From Terrimicrobiaceae bacterium (GTDB taxonomy: Bacteria > Verrucomicrobiota > Verrucomicrobiia > Chthoniobacterales > Terrimicrobiaceae), in the NCBI GenBank assembly GCA_041752695.1, contig JBGSVZ010000080.1, positions 1 to 51,715 on the forward strand: a stretch of 51,715 nt of DNA, in the 5' to 3' direction. This document shows positions 23,579 to 33,355 of this stretch, piece after piece. Each line of letters begins with the position of its first letter. Within the stretch, counting starts at the first letter, position 1. The notes below the pieces were generated by a model, which was not told the origin of the DNA, did not search any database, and worked only from the letters and a program-made list of their open reading frames with translations. Made by a program: the position numbers and the translations under genes.

Positions 23579-23633
23579 TCGTCGCACCCCGAAGCCTCAG
23601 GGCATTTGAGGCCGGCAGCCGCCGGCCCGACGA
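23579..23633 (-). promoter_or_regulatory. Three-way-junction RNA structure in the rplJ-rplL spacer
   Basis: mRNA P1 UCGUCG/CGACGA, P2 GGCCGGC/GCCGGCC, UCAAA joiner, P3 UGCCCUGAG/UUCGGGGUG; a separate CCUCCGCGU/ACGCGGAGG hairpin lies upstream. Confidence 0.45.
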
Positions 23634-23700
23634 AGAACCTATTTGTGTTTTTGTGAGCTCCCTCCGCGTGGCTTCAACGCGGAGGGAAATTGTGGAAATT

Positions 23701-24216
23701 TTAGGCGGCGGCGGCTTCGGCCTTCGCTTTGAGCACGCGGGCCAAACTGGTGCCGGGCTCGTTGAGCACGCGGACGAGGCTGGTGGCGGGTGCGAGCAGA
23801 AGTCCGAGCAGTTTGCCCCGGAGGACATCCTTGGAAGGAAGGTCGGCGAGGGCCTGAACCTGCTCGGCGCTGAGGATCGCGTTGTCGAGGATGCCGGCCT
23901 TCACGGGCGGCTTGGTGAACTCGGCCACGAAGGTCTTGAGGACCTTGGCGGCAGCGCAGATGTCGCTTTCGCCGGTGATCATGGCGGTTTGACCGCTCAG
24001 CGCACCGTTCAATTCGGGCATGCCAAGTTCCTTGGCCGCACGCTTGATGAAGGTGTTTTTGACGACATGAATCTCGGCATTGGCCGCAGCGAGGCGGGTG
24101 CGGAGTTCTTCGAAATGTTTGACCTGCATGCCGCCGTAATCGGCGATAAGGAGGAACGGCGAAGCCTTGAGCTTGGTCTGAACGTCGGCAACGATGTTGG
24201 ATTTTTCGGGTCTCAT
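23701..24216 (-). CDS. rplJ: 50S ribosomal protein L10
   Basis: DYGGM, VVKNTF, LADLPSKDVL; located between rplA and rplL. Confidence 0.96.
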   Translation of the reverse strand: MRPEKSNIVADVQTKLKASPFLLIADYGGMQVKHFEELRTRLAAANAEIHVVKNTFIKRAAKELGMPELNGALSGQTAMITGESDICAAAKVLKTFVAEFTKPPVKAGILDNAILSAEQVQALADLPSKDVLRGKLLGLLLAPATSLVRVLNEPGTSLARVLKAKAEAAAA

Positions 24217-24255
24217 CTTAGGAGTGAATGGTTGAAAGTTTCGTGAGGGAGACCG

Positions 24256-24957
24256 TTAGTTTTTGAGGAATGGAGCCGGGTCAACGCTCAGGCCTGGGCT
24301 CATCGTGGCGCTCAGGGTGATGGTTTCGACAAAAGAACCCTTGGCCGAGGCGGGACGGGCCCGAACCACCGCCGCGATCACCGCGGTGCCGTTTTCGACG
24401 AGCGCGTCGTCGTTGAAGGAAAATTTACCCACGGGAACGGCGACGTTCGCGTTTTTGTCGAGCTTGAACTCGACACGTCCGGCCTTCACTTCTTTGACCG
24501 CCCGTGCGGTGTCGTCGGTGACGGTGCCGGTCTTCGGGTTTGGCATCAAACCACGCGGCCCGAGGACTTTACCGAGCTTTTTGACTTCGGCCATGGCGGC
24601 GGGCGTGGCAACGGCGACGTCGAAATCGGAGAATCCCCCGGTGACTTTTTTGATCAGCTCTTCGTAACCGACAAACTCGGCCCCAGCTTCCTTGGCAGCC
24701 TCGGCGGCGGAGCCGGTGGCGAAGACCAGGACGCGGACATTTTTGCCGGACCCGTGCGGGAGAGGGCAGGTGCCGCGCACCATTTGATCGCTCTGTTTGG
24801 GATCCACTCCGAGTTTGAAGGACAGGGTCACTGTCTGATCGAACTTCGTCGGAGGGAGGGTTTTCAGAGTTTTGATTGCTTCGGAAAGCGGATACTTCTG
24901 TTTTCCGTCCACCTTTTCGGCGGCGGCGCGATAACGTTTGCTGCGTTTGTGTTGCAT
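24256..24957 (-). CDS. rplA: 50S ribosomal protein L1
   Basis: KFDQTV, DQMVRGTCPLPHGSGK, LGPRGLMPNPKTGTVT; start at ATG 24957. Confidence 0.98.
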   Translation of the reverse strand: MQHKRSKRYRAAAEKVDGKQKYPLSEAIKTLKTLPPTKFDQTVTLSFKLGVDPKQSDQMVRGTCPLPHGSGKNVRVLVFATGSAAEAAKEAGAEFVGYEELIKKVTGGFSDFDVAVATPAAMAEVKKLGKVLGPRGLMPNPKTGTVTDDTARAVKEVKAGRVEFKLDKNANVAVPVGKFSFNDDALVENGTAVIAAVVRARPASAKGSFVETITLSATMSPGLSVDPAPFLKN

Positions 24958-24964
24958 AATGTGA

Positions 24965-24999
24965 GCAGTTCGAGCGACCCGGTATAACGAGTCTCCTGC
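24965..24999 (-). promoter_or_regulatory. Putative L1-binding autoregulatory hairpin in the rplA 5' UTR
   Basis: mRNA GCAG-GAG-ACUCG-UUAUAC-CGGGU-CGCUCGAA-CUGC: two stems around an asymmetric internal loop, resembling known L1 operator mimics of 23S rRNA. Confidence 0.6.
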
Positions 25000-25036
25000 G
25001 TAAAAGGTTGAGTGACTCCCTCGGCGGGAACTCGTA

Positions 25037-25064
25037 AGAATAGGAAATGTCATGCATGGGTCAA
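25037..25064 (-). promoter_or_regulatory. Sigma70-type promoter for rplA-rplJ-rplL-rpoBC
   Basis: Minus strand TTGACC-N16-TATTCT, about 80 nt upstream of rplA. Confidence 0.6.
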
Positions 25065-25172
25065 TAGAAAACTTGGATTTTCTCCATTTTCCTTGACCGC
25101 CCACCAGCGTCGCCCGCAACACGGTTGCATTCTGGAAACGCAGCGTCACACTGGTCGCACGATTACCCCCAT

Positions 25173-26267
25173 ATGAAAAAGCTCCTTTTGATCGCGATCG
25201 CGCTGGGAGGAATTTCCAGCGTCCCTCTCCAGTCGGCAACCCCATTCGACGCGGTTGTGCAGATTTACAACGAAAGCCCGCAGGTCAACCTCGGGGGATT
25301 CGATCGGTGGCTGGCCCGCCGGCAACGTGAGTTGAATGCCGAAAGCAGGCTGATCGTGACAACCGCCGGACCCATTGAATACAAAAAGCGGGGCTCCGGT
25401 CCCGTTGTAATCTGCCTGCACGGAGCCTTTGAAGGCTATGACGCCTCGTTCCGAATGGGTGAAATTCTCCTCGATAAGGGATTCACGGTCATCGGCGTCT
25501 CCCGCCCCGGTTATCTCCGTACGCCGCTTTCGGTGGGCGAATCCGCGGAGGAACAAGCTGAGGCCATGATAGCCCTGATGGACAGCCTCGACATCGATCA
25601 GGCGGCCGTGATCGGATTTTCCGCCGGCACGCTTCCAGCTTTTCAGATGGCGGTCCTCCACCCGGACAGGATCTGGGCTTGCGTGATGCAAGGGGTGGGA
25701 GCTCATCCCGGCGACTTTGCGCCTGGCGGACTCTATGACGACATGCGCGCGTTGATCGCTGACGATGACGCCGTCGAGCTCCTGGATGTGGCCACATGGA
25801 TCTTGTATCAAGCGGCCCGCGATGACATTCGCGACACGGCCGAGGTTGTTCTGCGCACGGATGTGCTGGACGCCATGCCTGCAGCGGAGCTGGAGCAGCG
25901 CATCCGCCACGTTAAGCAGACACCCCAGCAAAGGACCTTTCTGCGCAGTTTCGTTTATTCCCTGACGCCATACAGCTTCCGGCGCGAAGGAATTTACAAC
26001 GACATCAAGGACGCCCACTCGATCGACCCCTGGCAGGATTGGGTGAACGAGGGAATTCTACAGAGTGTCACCGTTCCCGTTCAGATCATTCAAGGCGCAT
26101 GGGATTCGAGTGGAAATCACGACGAGGCCAAAAACCTCATCGCCCCGAACATCCCCACCGCGAATCTCGTCTCCGTTCAAGGAACGGGGCATTTCGTGTG
26201 GCTGGGCAAAAACACCCAGGCTTGGGAAAAGCTCATGATATCCTTTCTCAAAAATAACCAGCCGTAG
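25173..26267 (+). CDS. Secreted alpha/beta-fold hydrolase
   Basis: Signal peptide MKKLLLIAIALGG, LHGAF oxyanion motif, SRPGY, nucleophile elbow GFSAG, QGAWD and GTGHF. Confidence 0.88.
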   Translation: MKKLLLIAIALGGISSVPLQSATPFDAVVQIYNESPQVNLGGFDRWLARRQRELNAESRLIVTTAGPIEYKKRGSGPVVICLHGAFEGYDASFRMGEILLDKGFTVIGVSRPGYLRTPLSVGESAEEQAEAMIALMDSLDIDQAAVIGFSAGTLPAFQMAVLHPDRIWACVMQGVGAHPGDFAPGGLYDDMRALIADDDAVELLDVATWILYQAARDDIRDTAEVVLRTDVLDAMPAAELEQRIRHVKQTPQQRTFLRSFVYSLTPYSFRREGIYNDIKDAHSIDPWQDWVNEGILQSVTVPVQIIQGAWDSSGNHDEAKNLIAPNIPTANLVSVQGTGHFVWLGKNTQAWEKLMISFLKNNQP

Positions 26268-26323
26268 AACGGAACTGCGACGAAGCGGCCATATTTGACG
26301 GCCAGGACAACCACCTTTCCCGC

Positions 26324-26364
26324 AAAAACCAAAACACCGCCGGTCGCAAGCGACGGGCGGTGTT
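26324..26364 (-). terminator. Intrinsic terminator after rplK, possibly bidirectional
   Basis: AACACCGCC-GGTCGC-AA-GCGACG-GGCGGTGTT hairpin with a T-rich tail on the minus strand. Confidence 0.7.
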
Positions 26365-26412
26365 GAAAACCTTGCAGGGCCGACCGTAAGGCCGATTCCC
26401 CGGGTAAATTAT

Positions 26413-26838
26413 TTATTCGCCGACTTCGATGCCCATCTGGCGGGCAGTGCCACTGATGGTGCGGAAAGCGGCTTCCTCGTCGCGGGCATTCATGTCCTTC
26501 ATCTTGATTTTCACAATGTCCATGATCTGCTTCTTGGTCAGCTTGGCCACCTTGGTTTTGTTCGGTTCCTTCGAACCGGAAGCAAGGCCAGCCGCCTTTT
26601 TAAGCAGAATCGAGGCCGGGGGCGACTTGGTGATGAAGGTGAAGCTTTTGTCTTTGAAAACGGTGATGACGACCGGAAGGATGTCGCCGGCCTGCTTCTG
26701 CGTCGCAGCGTTGAACTCCTTGCAGAAGGCCATGATGTTGACGCCCTGCTGACCCAGCGCGGGGCCGACCGGAGGGGCGGGATTCGCCTGCCCGGCGGGA
26801 ATTTGCAATTTGATCTGTCCGACGATTTCTTTAGCCAT
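26413..26838 (-). CDS. rplK: 50S ribosomal protein L11
   Basis: [42 protein letters not shown]. Confidence 0.98.
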   Translation of the reverse strand: MAKEIVGQIKLQIPAGQANPAPPVGPALGQQGVNIMAFCKEFNAATQKQAGDILPVVITVFKDKSFTFITKSPPASILLKKAAGLASGSKEPNKTKVAKLTKKQIMDIVKIKMKDMNARDEEAAFRTISGTARQMGIEVGE

Positions 26839-26957
26839 AGGAATATAGAGAGTGTCCGCGTGGGTGAGCGTGTGGTGCACGGCCGGTCTGCGGAAAAGGG
26901 GTCAAAAAGAATCATGCCCCGCCCGGGAAGGCAAGCTGTTTTTTAGGGAATGAGCCC

Positions 26958-28067
26958 TTACTTTTTGGTAAGCCTCCAGAAGAGCACCGTGCCGAGCGTG
27001 ATGAAAAGGATATTGGGAACCCAGATGAGAAGAGCGGGATGCGCCGCCGGAACATTTCGAAAGGTGTCCGCCATGATGATGAAGAAAAAATAGGTGAAGG
27101 CCACCGTGAGGCTGAGTGCGAAACCCACGGAAGTTTCCTTGCGGTGGGTCGTGATGCCGAGGGGAATGGCGATGAGGGCAAAAGCGAAACAGGCCAGGGA
27201 GGCCGAGAAACGTTTGTTCAACTCAACCCGGGCCTCGAGAAGTTTTCCATCTGCTCCATCCCGGATAAACTGCAAAAGTTCCGGCAGCGGGTAGGAACTC
27301 AAGCGTCGCCCGCTCAGGTGCTCTTTGTAGAATTCGTCGAGAGGAATCGGAAAGACCCCCTCGGAGACCACGATGCCCTGCCGGATTTTGGTGATGTCGC
27401 GCGGGTCTTTTTCATCCCGCTGCTCGAAACGGGCATCCTTCAAGTGGATCAACAGCCGGGAATTTTCCGGATCCGGTTTGATCACCCCTTCCTTCGCATG
27501 GACCATCTTGATCGGCTCGTTGCCCTCCGCCAGCTCGAACATCGTGATATTTCTGAGCGCGTCCCCGTCTTTGGAACCGACATAAACGCGACGGTCCGGG
27601 AATTGATCCACCACCTCGTCGCCCCGAAACAGCGCCGCCGGATTGCTGGTGACAATGTCCGTGAGGGTCTTCGTGATTTTTTGTTCGGCCCATGGTGCCA
27701 CCTCGATATTGATCCAGCAACACAGGGCGGTCAGGACAATCGCGACAATAAAAACGGGCGCACAGATGCGGGGAATGCTTACGCCGTTGGACTTGAGCGC
27801 AATGAGCTCATTATCCGCCGAGATCCGTCCGAACACGAGAAGCAGCGCGGTGAGCAGCCCCCAGGGGATGGTAAAGGTGAGGGAAAACGGCAAGCCCAGA
27901 GCCATGAACATGAGCACGGTCGAGATGGGAATGTCCGGATTGTTGATCACAATCTCCAGCAGCTCCTTGATGGCTTTCCCAAGCACGAGCACAAGGCTCA
28001 GTACGATCACTCCGAAGAGCGCCGTCGCAATGACGCTGCCGCCGACATATCGATCAATGATCTTCAT
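26958..28067 (-). CDS. LptF/LptG-family LPS export permease
   Basis: MKIIDRY start, GRISADNELIALKSNGVS, periplasmic beta region, C-terminal WVPNILF. Confidence 0.9.
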   Translation of the reverse strand: MKIIDRYVGGSVIATALFGVIVLSLVLVLGKAIKELLEIVINNPDIPISTVLMFMALGLPFSLTFTIPWGLLTALLLVFGRISADNELIALKSNGVSIPRICAPVFIVAIVLTALCCWINIEVAPWAEQKITKTLTDIVTSNPAALFRGDEVVDQFPDRRVYVGSKDGDALRNITMFELAEGNEPIKMVHAKEGVIKPDPENSRLLIHLKDARFEQRDEKDPRDITKIRQGIVVSEGVFPIPLDEFYKEHLSGRRLSSYPLPELLQFIRDGADGKLLEARVELNKRFSASLACFAFALIAIPLGITTHRKETSVGFALSLTVAFTYFFFIIMADTFRNVPAAHPALLIWVPNILFITLGTVLFWRLTKK

Positions 28068-28070
28068 CTC

Positions 28071-28150
28071 AAGAGTGAGAAGTGAAGGGGAAGGTGAAAG
28101 GGGGGTAAAGAGGTTTTTCCCTTTTGCCCTTCACTCGCACTTTCCTTCCG
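28071..28150. repeat. Degenerate inverted 6-7-mer repeat array upstream of the LptF/G gene
   Basis: GAGTGA-GAAGTGAA-GGGGAA-GGTGAAA-GGGGG ... CCCTTTT-GCCCTT-CACTCG-CACTTT-TCCTTCC: purine-rich and pyrimidine-rich arms that can pair. Confidence 0.55.
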
Positions 28151-28161
28151 CCCTAGGCGGC

Positions 28162-29418
28162 CTACCAAAACCCGAGTGCTTTACGCTCTGTCTCGCCCGA
28201 CTGCACAAACTCATGCGTGCGCAGCCAGGACTCCACTCCCGTCAGATGCAGCGCGCCCCAGGGAATGATGACTCTCCGGTAATCTTTCAGGGAAGTTTCG
28301 ATCTCGGAAACCAGCCGGTCGTTCCGCGAATGCAGGATGTCCTGAATCACCTGCTTTTGCGCGGCTTCGTCGTTCAACGGGCCGGAACTTTCGGAGAATT
28401 TTTTCAGAAAGGACGGCCAGTCTTCTGCTTGAAATGTGCTCATCACCATCAGGAGAAACGCGATGGTTTTGGGATGAAAGGTGCTGACATCCACATCGGC
28501 GTGGACGAAGTCCATCGACCCGGACTCCGGCTCGGCAGGGGCTTCGCGGCTCTCCGATTCGGACCGCTCAGCTTGCTCGCGGTGCCGACGGAGGCCGGCA
28601 GAAACCTTCTCCATGAACACACTGTCCTCTTGGGACGAAATGCTGAGCATGCTCGCCAGACGCGCGTAGGACAGGCTGTCATCGCCGAGGCGGTTGTCGC
28701 GATCGGTCACGCCCTCGATCAAGACCACCGACGGCAAGGCAGGATCCTCATCGGGCAGCAGATCGGTGTAAAACTCCTCTTCCGCGATGTGCATCATGCC
28801 CGAAAGATGAACCTCCCGGTCCCCGGACTGAAAGCGCCGCTCCAGCAGATAAATCCCGTCCGGTCGCAACTTGACATAGCCGCCGCTCGCCGCCTCCAAC
28901 TGGCCGGAGAGACTGGTAAAAACCGCCAGAACAAAAAACACCCCAAAGAACAACGCCACGACCGGAAGGCCCAGAATGGCATGTTTCCAGGCAAAGGCCG
29001 GACGTTCGGCCGGAACAAACGGCCAGCGGCTTTCCTGGTGGCGAAAAAACACAAAGAGCAATACCGCCAAGGCAATTTGGCAGAGGGAAATGCCCAGCAT
29101 AAACTGCGGAATTTTGAGAAACCCCAGCGGAAACCCCTGCGCCAACCCTGCCCACCAGGTGAAAAGGAGCAGCGGAACCAGAATGCGTTTCGGTGCCCGT
29201 GGTGTTGTCGCCACCATGAGCGCCACGAACAGGCTGGCCAGCACCACGGCAACGGAAAAAGCCACCCTCACGCCATAAAGAGGCGAAGCTGACCCACCGG
29301 GGAAAAAACCCTCACCGATCAGGGAATTCACGCCGTCCAACAAGAAGGCGAGCCAGAAAACATTCGTTACAACGCGAACCACGATCAAGGATCCTAGCAC
29401 GGCCCGGCGAAAGCTCAA
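28162..29418 (-). CDS. Membrane protein with C-terminal TraB/GumN-like domain
   Basis: About five N-terminal TM helices, then GMMHIA..FY, VLIEGV, RNDRL and PWGALHL motifs reminiscent of TraB/Tiki metalloproteins; TTG start. Confidence 0.6.
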   Translation of the reverse strand: MSFRRAVLGSLIVVRVVTNVFWLAFLLDGVNSLIGEGFFPGGSASPLYGVRVAFSVAVVLASLFVALMVATTPRAPKRILVPLLLFTWWAGLAQGFPLGFLKIPQFMLGISLCQIALAVLLFVFFRHQESRWPFVPAERPAFAWKHAILGLPVVALFFGVFFVLAVFTSLSGQLEAASGGYVKLRPDGIYLLERRFQSGDREVHLSGMMHIAEEEFYTDLLPDEDPALPSVVLIEGVTDRDNRLGDDSLSYARLASMLSISSQEDSVFMEKVSAGLRRHREQAERSESESREAPAEPESGSMDFVHADVDVSTFHPKTIAFLLMVMSTFQAEDWPSFLKKFSESSGPLNDEAAQKQVIQDILHSRNDRLVSEIETSLKDYRRVIIPWGALHLTGVESWLRTHEFVQSGETERKALGFW

Positions 29419-29424
29419 GGACGC

Positions 29425-29772
29425 CTACCTTGTTCCCGCAACGACCGCCATCTCCTCGCCAAGTAATTCGTCCAAATGGAGGGCCAGATCCGGCCGGGTG
29501 CCCGCCCAGGGGAAGACCTCATCAACCTCCCGGCACGAAGCGTTTTCCGCCAGGGGATCCAAGCAGCGAATCACCGCAGAGAGAACCGGCAGCAACAGTC
29601 CCGGATTCTGCCCGAGGCAAACATCGAGCACCGCAGGCGGTCGTCCGGCCAGCCCCATGCGCAGCCGCATGCCATGGGAATACGGGCTGAGGCCGAGTTC
29701 CCAATACCCTTCCAGGGATTTCAGGCGGAGGGCCCGATAAAACGCATTGGGGGCGACGCGGTGGAATTTCAC
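29425..29772 (-). CDS. Hypothetical protein (about 115 aa)
   Basis: GTG start overlapping the upstream TGA (GTGA coupling) and a 6-bp gap to the next gene. Confidence 0.55.
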   Translation of the reverse strand: MKFHRVAPNAFYRALRLKSLEGYWELGLSPYSHGMRLRMGLAGRPPAVLDVCLGQNPGLLLPVLSAVIRCLDPLAENASCREVDEVFPWAGTRPDLALHLDELLGEEMAVVAGTR

Positions 29773-30518
29773 TCCGGTTTTTTGCGGTCGGAGTGGCCCC
29801 ACCAGCTGTTGGGCGCCTTGCCGTCGTAGTGTTTTTCGAAAGCCTTGACCGCATCCTCCATCGTCCCGTCGGCGGGCGCCCATTTTTCCACATCGGGAAA
29901 ATCAATCGACGCATGGCGATTTTTGACGTCGCTCTGAAAACGAATCGGACACCAGAACGACTCGATGTTGCGCAGCATCTCGCTGCCGAGGCACCAGAGC
30001 CCGGTCATCCAGTCGCAATACCAGCACCAGAGCAGATCATACCCGATGAGGCCGTCGTATTTGTGACGCGAGAGATTCACCCACTCGGACTGTTTGTAGG
30101 TGGGCAGGCGGCCCAGCGCGGCGATGGGAGGATACAGCAGAAGCTCCGTAGCGCGAATGCCCACGAAGGCAATGATGGCCGGGGTTTGCACCAGCAGGCA
30201 GAGCTGATTGCGGATGGGCCCGAGCACCCGGCCCTGGGCATCCGTGAGCGTGCGGCCCTTTCGCCCGCGCAGCAGGCGATGGACCATGCAGAATGCATGC
30301 AAAAACAGCAATTGCGCCACCACCGCCGCCGCAACACCAATCCACCCTCCCAACAGCGCGCCGGCGACCCATGGCAACCACGTGAAAAGACTGATGAAAA
30401 AATCCAGCGCCGGAGCCTGGGCGATTTTGTCCGTCACCGCATACGCCAGGCGCGTAAAAATCGCCGCCGCGGCCAAACCCCCGAAAATTTCCCCCAAGAT
30501 CGTCAAAAAATGCAACAC
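29769..30518 (-). CDS. Hypothetical membrane protein with WCWYCDW / FWCPIR motif
   Basis: Three to four TM segments and a Cys/Trp-rich C-terminal part; start uncertain (GTG 30518 chosen). Confidence 0.7.
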   Translation of the reverse strand: MLHFLTILGEIFGGLAAAAIFTRLAYAVTDKIAQAPALDFFISLFTWLPWVAGALLGGWIGVAAAVVAQLLFLHAFCMVHRLLRGRKGRTLTDAQGRVLGPIRNQLCLLVQTPAIIAFVGIRATELLLYPPIAALGRLPTYKQSEWVNLSRHKYDGLIGYDLLWCWYCDWMTGLWCLGSEMLRNIESFWCPIRFQSDVKNRHASIDFPDVEKWAPADGTMEDAVKAFEKHYDGKAPNSWWGHSDRKKPE

Positions 30519-30649
30519 GCCCGGGATGATTGAGAAGTTTCCCCGGCATGGCAAGCCGGGGCAGCGAATTTCGAAGAGCCGTCTATCTTTTTCGAAAACA
30601 TCACCTTTTCCGCTACGAGCACACCGTCTTTTTCGCTTAACTGAGCTCC

Positions 30650-31831
30650 GTGAGTATCCGTTCCGTATCCGACGCCTGGGAGTTTCTCGGCCGCTTGCCC
30701 GAGGTTCCGGCCCGGCGTTTTGCCCTTCTGATCTGGGGCGTGTTGGCCGTGGTTGTCTTCACCATTGTTGCGGTACAGCCCAACAAACGCACCGCCACTT
30801 TGGAGTACCAAAAGGCCGCCACCCGCTGGTGGGACGGCGACAATCTTTACAAGGGCAAAAACAACTACCTCTATCTGCCCCAGGCGGCGATGCTTTACAC
30901 CCCGTTCAACGTTCTGCCCAAACGCGTCGGCGAGCCGCTCTGGCGTTTGGTTTGCCTGGGATCGCTGGCGTTCGGACTCTGGGCCGCCGCGCGACACCTC
31001 GCTCCAGAGCGGGCGGGGGCTGTGTTTTTACTCGCCACGCTGCTGGTCCTCCCCTGTTCGCTCTCCAGTGCGCGAAACGGGCAGGTGAACATGCCGCTGG
31101 CGGCCGTCTATCTGCTGACCGCCCTGGCGCTGGCCCGCGACCGCTGGCACCTCGCAGCCATCCTCCTCGCAGTGTCTCTGGCCCTGAAGCCGATTTCGGT
31201 GGTGCCCATTCTCCTCTGCGGCGTGCTTTTTCCCCGAACGATTCTCCCGCTGATTCTCTGGCTTGGCGTGATGTTTGCCGCCGCCTACCTCCATCCCGAT
31301 CCCAAGTATGTGACGTGGCAGTACGAGGTCTTCTGGGAAAAGCTCACCGGGTCGTCCGCCAAACCGACGGGAAAAACGTGGAGCGATTTCGCGGGGATGC
31401 TGGATCAATTCGGTCTCACGCTTTCGAATTCCGTGCAGACCCTCATCCGGGCCGGTGCTGCGGCCGTCACGTTCGGCGCGTGTTTGCTGGCGGTGTGGAA
31501 AACCTCCGACGCCCTGCGCCGCGCCCTTACGGTGATGTTTTTCTCCGCGATTTACCTAATGCTGTTTAATCCGCGGACCGAGACCAACTCCTACATCATT
31601 CTGGGAATCTTCATCGCCCTGCTCGGCGCGTATGCAGGAATGGTCGGCCGCCAGCCGATGGCGACTCTGATTTGGATCGCGGTGGCGCTGCTCCTTGGCA
31701 CCGAAAACTACGGCGACTGGATCTACCGCCCGACCAATCTGTGGCTGAAACCGCTGGTCGCGCTCGGCGTCGGAATCTGGCTCACCGTGAAGGTGATCCG
31801 CATGCCCAGGGGCGGACACGCGATTTTCTAA
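30650..31831 (+). CDS. GT-C fold membrane glycosyltransferase (GT87/DUF2029-like)
   Basis: YLYLPQAA..YTPF, NGQVN and LKP motifs with about ten TM helices. Confidence 0.75.
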   Translation: MSIRSVSDAWEFLGRLPEVPARRFALLIWGVLAVVVFTIVAVQPNKRTATLEYQKAATRWWDGDNLYKGKNNYLYLPQAAMLYTPFNVLPKRVGEPLWRLVCLGSLAFGLWAAARHLAPERAGAVFLLATLLVLPCSLSSARNGQVNMPLAAVYLLTALALARDRWHLAAILLAVSLALKPISVVPILLCGVLFPRTILPLILWLGVMFAAAYLHPDPKYVTWQYEVFWEKLTGSSAKPTGKTWSDFAGMLDQFGLTLSNSVQTLIRAGAAAVTFGACLLAVWKTSDALRRALTVMFFSAIYLMLFNPRTETNSYIILGIFIALLGAYAGMVGRQPMATLIWIAVALLLGTENYGDWIYRPTNLWLKPLVALGVGIWLTVKVIRMPRGGHAIF

Positions 31832-31837
31832 ACGACG

Positions 31838-32545
31838 CTACCGGCGCAGCGACATCACGATGCGCAGGATATACCAGAAGAGAAGCGCGACGGAGGCGAA
31901 AAGCGAAAGCGAAGCCGCCACATATTGGTCCGTGCGGTAGGCGTGAAAAACATTCGATGTGCTGTAAAGCACCGCCCCACCGGCGAAGAGCACCATGATA
32001 CCGGAGAAGAGGATGCCGAGGGTAAATCCGAAGACAATGCTCGCGACGATCACACCCAGCGCCACAAAACCGCCGATCATCAGCGCTCCGCGCAGGAAGG
32101 AAAAATTAATCCCTGTGGTGACCACAATGGCCGTGAGCCCCAGAAACAGACCACCGGTCATCAGTCCCGCCATCGGGATGATATCCGGAGCCATCGAATT
32201 CGCGACCAGCAAAATCGGCACGAAGATGATGGCCTGGGCCAGCACGTAGAGCGACAGCCCGGCATACTGCAGGGAGAGGCTGGCCCCGGAATCCGCCCAT
32301 TTTTGCGCGAGCCAGGAAACCCCCATGAATAACGCCATGACGACGAGCCAGGAGTAATTGCCCCCCACCATCAACTTGCTGAGAGGCACGGCAAACGGCG
32401 AGTTGATCAATAGTCCGGTGACCACCGCAAAAGCCAGAATCGCTCCACCGAGATGCACGTAGGTGCGACGAATGAACTGCCCGCGAGCCTCCGGACTGGA
32501 ATCCGCGGCAACGACGTAGGGGTTGGAGTAGCTTTGTTCGTTCAT
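31838..32545 (-). CDS. Bax inhibitor-1/YccA-family membrane protein
   Basis: FIRRTYVHL, NFSFL, YVAASLSLFASVALLFWYILRI; seven TM segments. Confidence 0.88.
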   Translation of the reverse strand: MNEQSYSNPYVVAADSSPEARGQFIRRTYVHLGGAILAFAVVTGLLINSPFAVPLSKLMVGGNYSWLVVMALFMGVSWLAQKWADSGASLSLQYAGLSLYVLAQAIIFVPILLVANSMAPDIIPMAGLMTGGLFLGLTAIVVTTGINFSFLRGALMIGGFVALGVIVASIVFGFTLGILFSGIMVLFAGGAVLYSTSNVFHAYRTDQYVAASLSLFASVALLFWYILRIVMSLRR

Positions 32546-32585
32546 GCCTCACAGGAGACCCCGCCCCGCCCAAAAGTCAAGCCGG

Positions 32586-33218
32586 CTATCCGTCGAGCGA
32601 GCCCAGCTCGGTAAACTCTTCGGGATGCTGACGGTCGTTTACGATGTGGCCGAGAATTTTGCTCAGAACGACAACCGGCGGTTCGGTGGCATCGATCAGC
32701 ACCGTCAGGTCCTTGCCGTAATGCTCAAGCAGCGGCTTGGACTCGCAATCGTAAGTCTCAAGACGATGACGGATCACCGCCTCATTCGCATCATCGAGAC
32801 GGTTGTCCTTGATGGCGCGCTTCTTCAGCCGCGTCACCAACTTGCTGCGGTCCGGACAGCTGAGGTGAAAAATTTTGCGCACATCGATGATGGGTTTCAT
32901 CAACTCCGCCTGACGAATATTTCGCGGGATGCCGTCGAGTACGAGGAAATCGATGTCGGGCTTGAACTGATGCGCCTCCACACACTGCTGGATCCGGACG
33001 CGCCAGAGTTCCACCGTCACCTCATCGGGAACCAGTTCGCCGCGGCTGGAATATTCAATAAAAGCCCGGCCCAGCGGCGTGCGGGTGTCGATCGACCGAA
33101 AGACATCGCCGCAGGCGCAATGGAAAAAACGGGGCACATTGCCGAGGGTTTTGCCTTGGGTTCCCTTGCCGCTGCCGGGAGCGCCGAAGATGAGATAGGT
33201 TCTGTATTTGGGGGACAC
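32586..33218 (-). CDS. adk: Adenylate kinase family (short-LID NMP kinase)
   Basis: GAPGSGKGTQ, GELVPD, LDGIPRN, RLDDANE; GTG start estimated. Confidence 0.88.
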   Translation of the reverse strand: MSPKYRTYLIFGAPGSGKGTQGKTLGNVPRFFHCACGDVFRSIDTRTPLGRAFIEYSSRGELVPDEVTVELWRVRIQQCVEAHQFKPDIDFLVLDGIPRNIRQAELMKPIIDVRKIFHLSCPDRSKLVTRLKKRAIKDNRLDDANEAVIRHRLETYDCESKPLLEHYGKDLTVLIDATEPPVVVLSKILGHIVNDRQHPEEFTELGSLDG

Positions 33219-33355
33219 TCCGATCCTGTTTAGCGGCCCGCGGCTATCGTTCAATCCTGAAGTCGGACATCGCCAAATTTTCCCCGCGAAAACTCTCAAG
33301 TTGCCTGTTGACCCTCCGCCCCTCTTCCGCAATCGTGTCCTGAATCCTCAGCACA

